From Haliotis rubra (lineage: Eukaryota), in NCBI RefSeq assembly GCF_003918875.1, contig NW_025767202.1:2170001-2234000 (forward strand): DNA of 64,000 bases, read 5' to 3'. The notes beneath the pieces are model-generated. The model did no database searches and was not told the DNA's origin. It worked only from the letters and a program-made list of their open reading frames with translations. This document shows positions 63,096-64,000 of this stretch, one piece after another. The position numbers and the translations under genes are program-made. How positions within the stretch are numbered: position 1 is the stretch's first letter; each line of letters starts with the position of its first letter.

Positions 63096-63304
63096 TTAAC
63101 AACCCCGTTTTAACCTTTGATAGTGCCAGGGCCTCCAATAACATACTTCCTATACGGCGTGATGTTTCATACAAATAATATTCATGTATGTACTACATAT
63201 TATATATATTTTAGCTTTTTTACATTGTTTTAGTGTCTCTCGGTGAGCGATTGGTTGTTCAAACAAGCGAGACAAAAAAAACACTATCTGTCTGTCTGTC
63301 TGTC

Positions 63305-64000
63305 ACGGTGACCGGACAAAATCCACCTGGACAAAATCAACCCGGACAAAATCCACACCAAAATTGCCACCCCGGACAAAATCCACCTCTTCTTAACAAA
63401 AAAATGGACAAAATCCACCCTTCTCAAATTGCTATTGTTAAAAGTTTTAGTGTTTCCTGATCTTTGATCAAGTTGTTTCTGCTCAAGCATTGTTTTGATA
63501 GCATTTTCGTTTTCCTAATTGGCTGTTGTTCCTAGATGTTGTCTCAAACATTAAAAGTTTCTCCATTTGTCACATTTTGATCACTACTTAATCCTCTTTC
63601 ATGTATCATTAAGTAGTCTCACACTTTGATCATTACGTAATCCCCTTAAAGAATTAAGATGTTTTTGCAAGCCTGATTGGAGCCCTTTTACTAATGTTTT
63701 GATAGAACATACTTTTTAATGAGTTTGAGAAGAAAGAGAGCAAGTCAACAATTAGGTGGGAGTGTTCCCATCGGAAACCGCTGTCTTGCAAGGGTTCAGT
63801 GACCACAGACATGGAAGTGAAAGAGGTCAGCCCCTAAGAAAAGAACCAGAACAACCACCAAACGTCTCCACGAACGCCTTGAAGGTCTGTGCAAGACCTA
63901 CGCAGCGAAGGACGAGACGCTCGGGGACTTTCTCCACGGCGTCGGCCGTTGCTTGTTTGCGTTTTTGAAATGTGGCAAGATGTTTAGTCATAGATATATC
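63305..64000 (+). mobile_element. DNA transposon end with ggacaaaatccacc subterminal repeats, possibly Mutator-like
   Basis: Five ggacaaaatc motifs at 63313-63420; downstream TTKRLHERLEGLCKTY..DFLHGVG resembles a transposase C-terminus. Confidence 0.4.

Overview
AT-rich, intron-containing animal DNA. It is probably molluscan (gastropod/abalone-like), which is an inference from the SINE types and gene families. There are no prokaryotic operons, CRISPR arrays, rRNA or true tRNA genes. Spliced genes reconstructed by hand: (1) an intact 5-exon METTL27-like SAM methyltransferase (+, 14787-19068, 231 aa); (2) a minus-strand signal peptide-CUB-LDLa-TM-PPxY receptor (42918-34854) that lacks most of the second half of its CUB domain; (3) a TRIM-like gene (+, 46488-49904) with a decayed RING exon and a long intact B-box/coiled-coil/15-aa-repeat/beta-propeller ORF; (4) a minus-strand secreted Calx-beta/TSP1/Thr-rich mucin/(PPTWTTWST)13/TSP1/TSP1 protein (61898-53724) with frameshifts in the mucin exon. 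The first 11 kb holds about three decayed minus-strand paralogues with Mab-21/cGAS-like (cGLR) motifs. Roughly 14 kb (about a fifth of the window) is unrelated minisatellite arrays (86, 49, 34, 24, 27, 12/24, 24, ~28, 45, 27 and 84 bp units). Several visibly arose in place from gene sequence, including 41 copies of the METTL27 exon-2 splice donor. Mobile DNA includes two SINE-like families, a broken RTE-X-like LINE, an L2 3' end, Tc1 relics, hAT/Kolobok/Harbinger-type MITEs and a Penelope-like inverted repeat with a hammerhead-like core.
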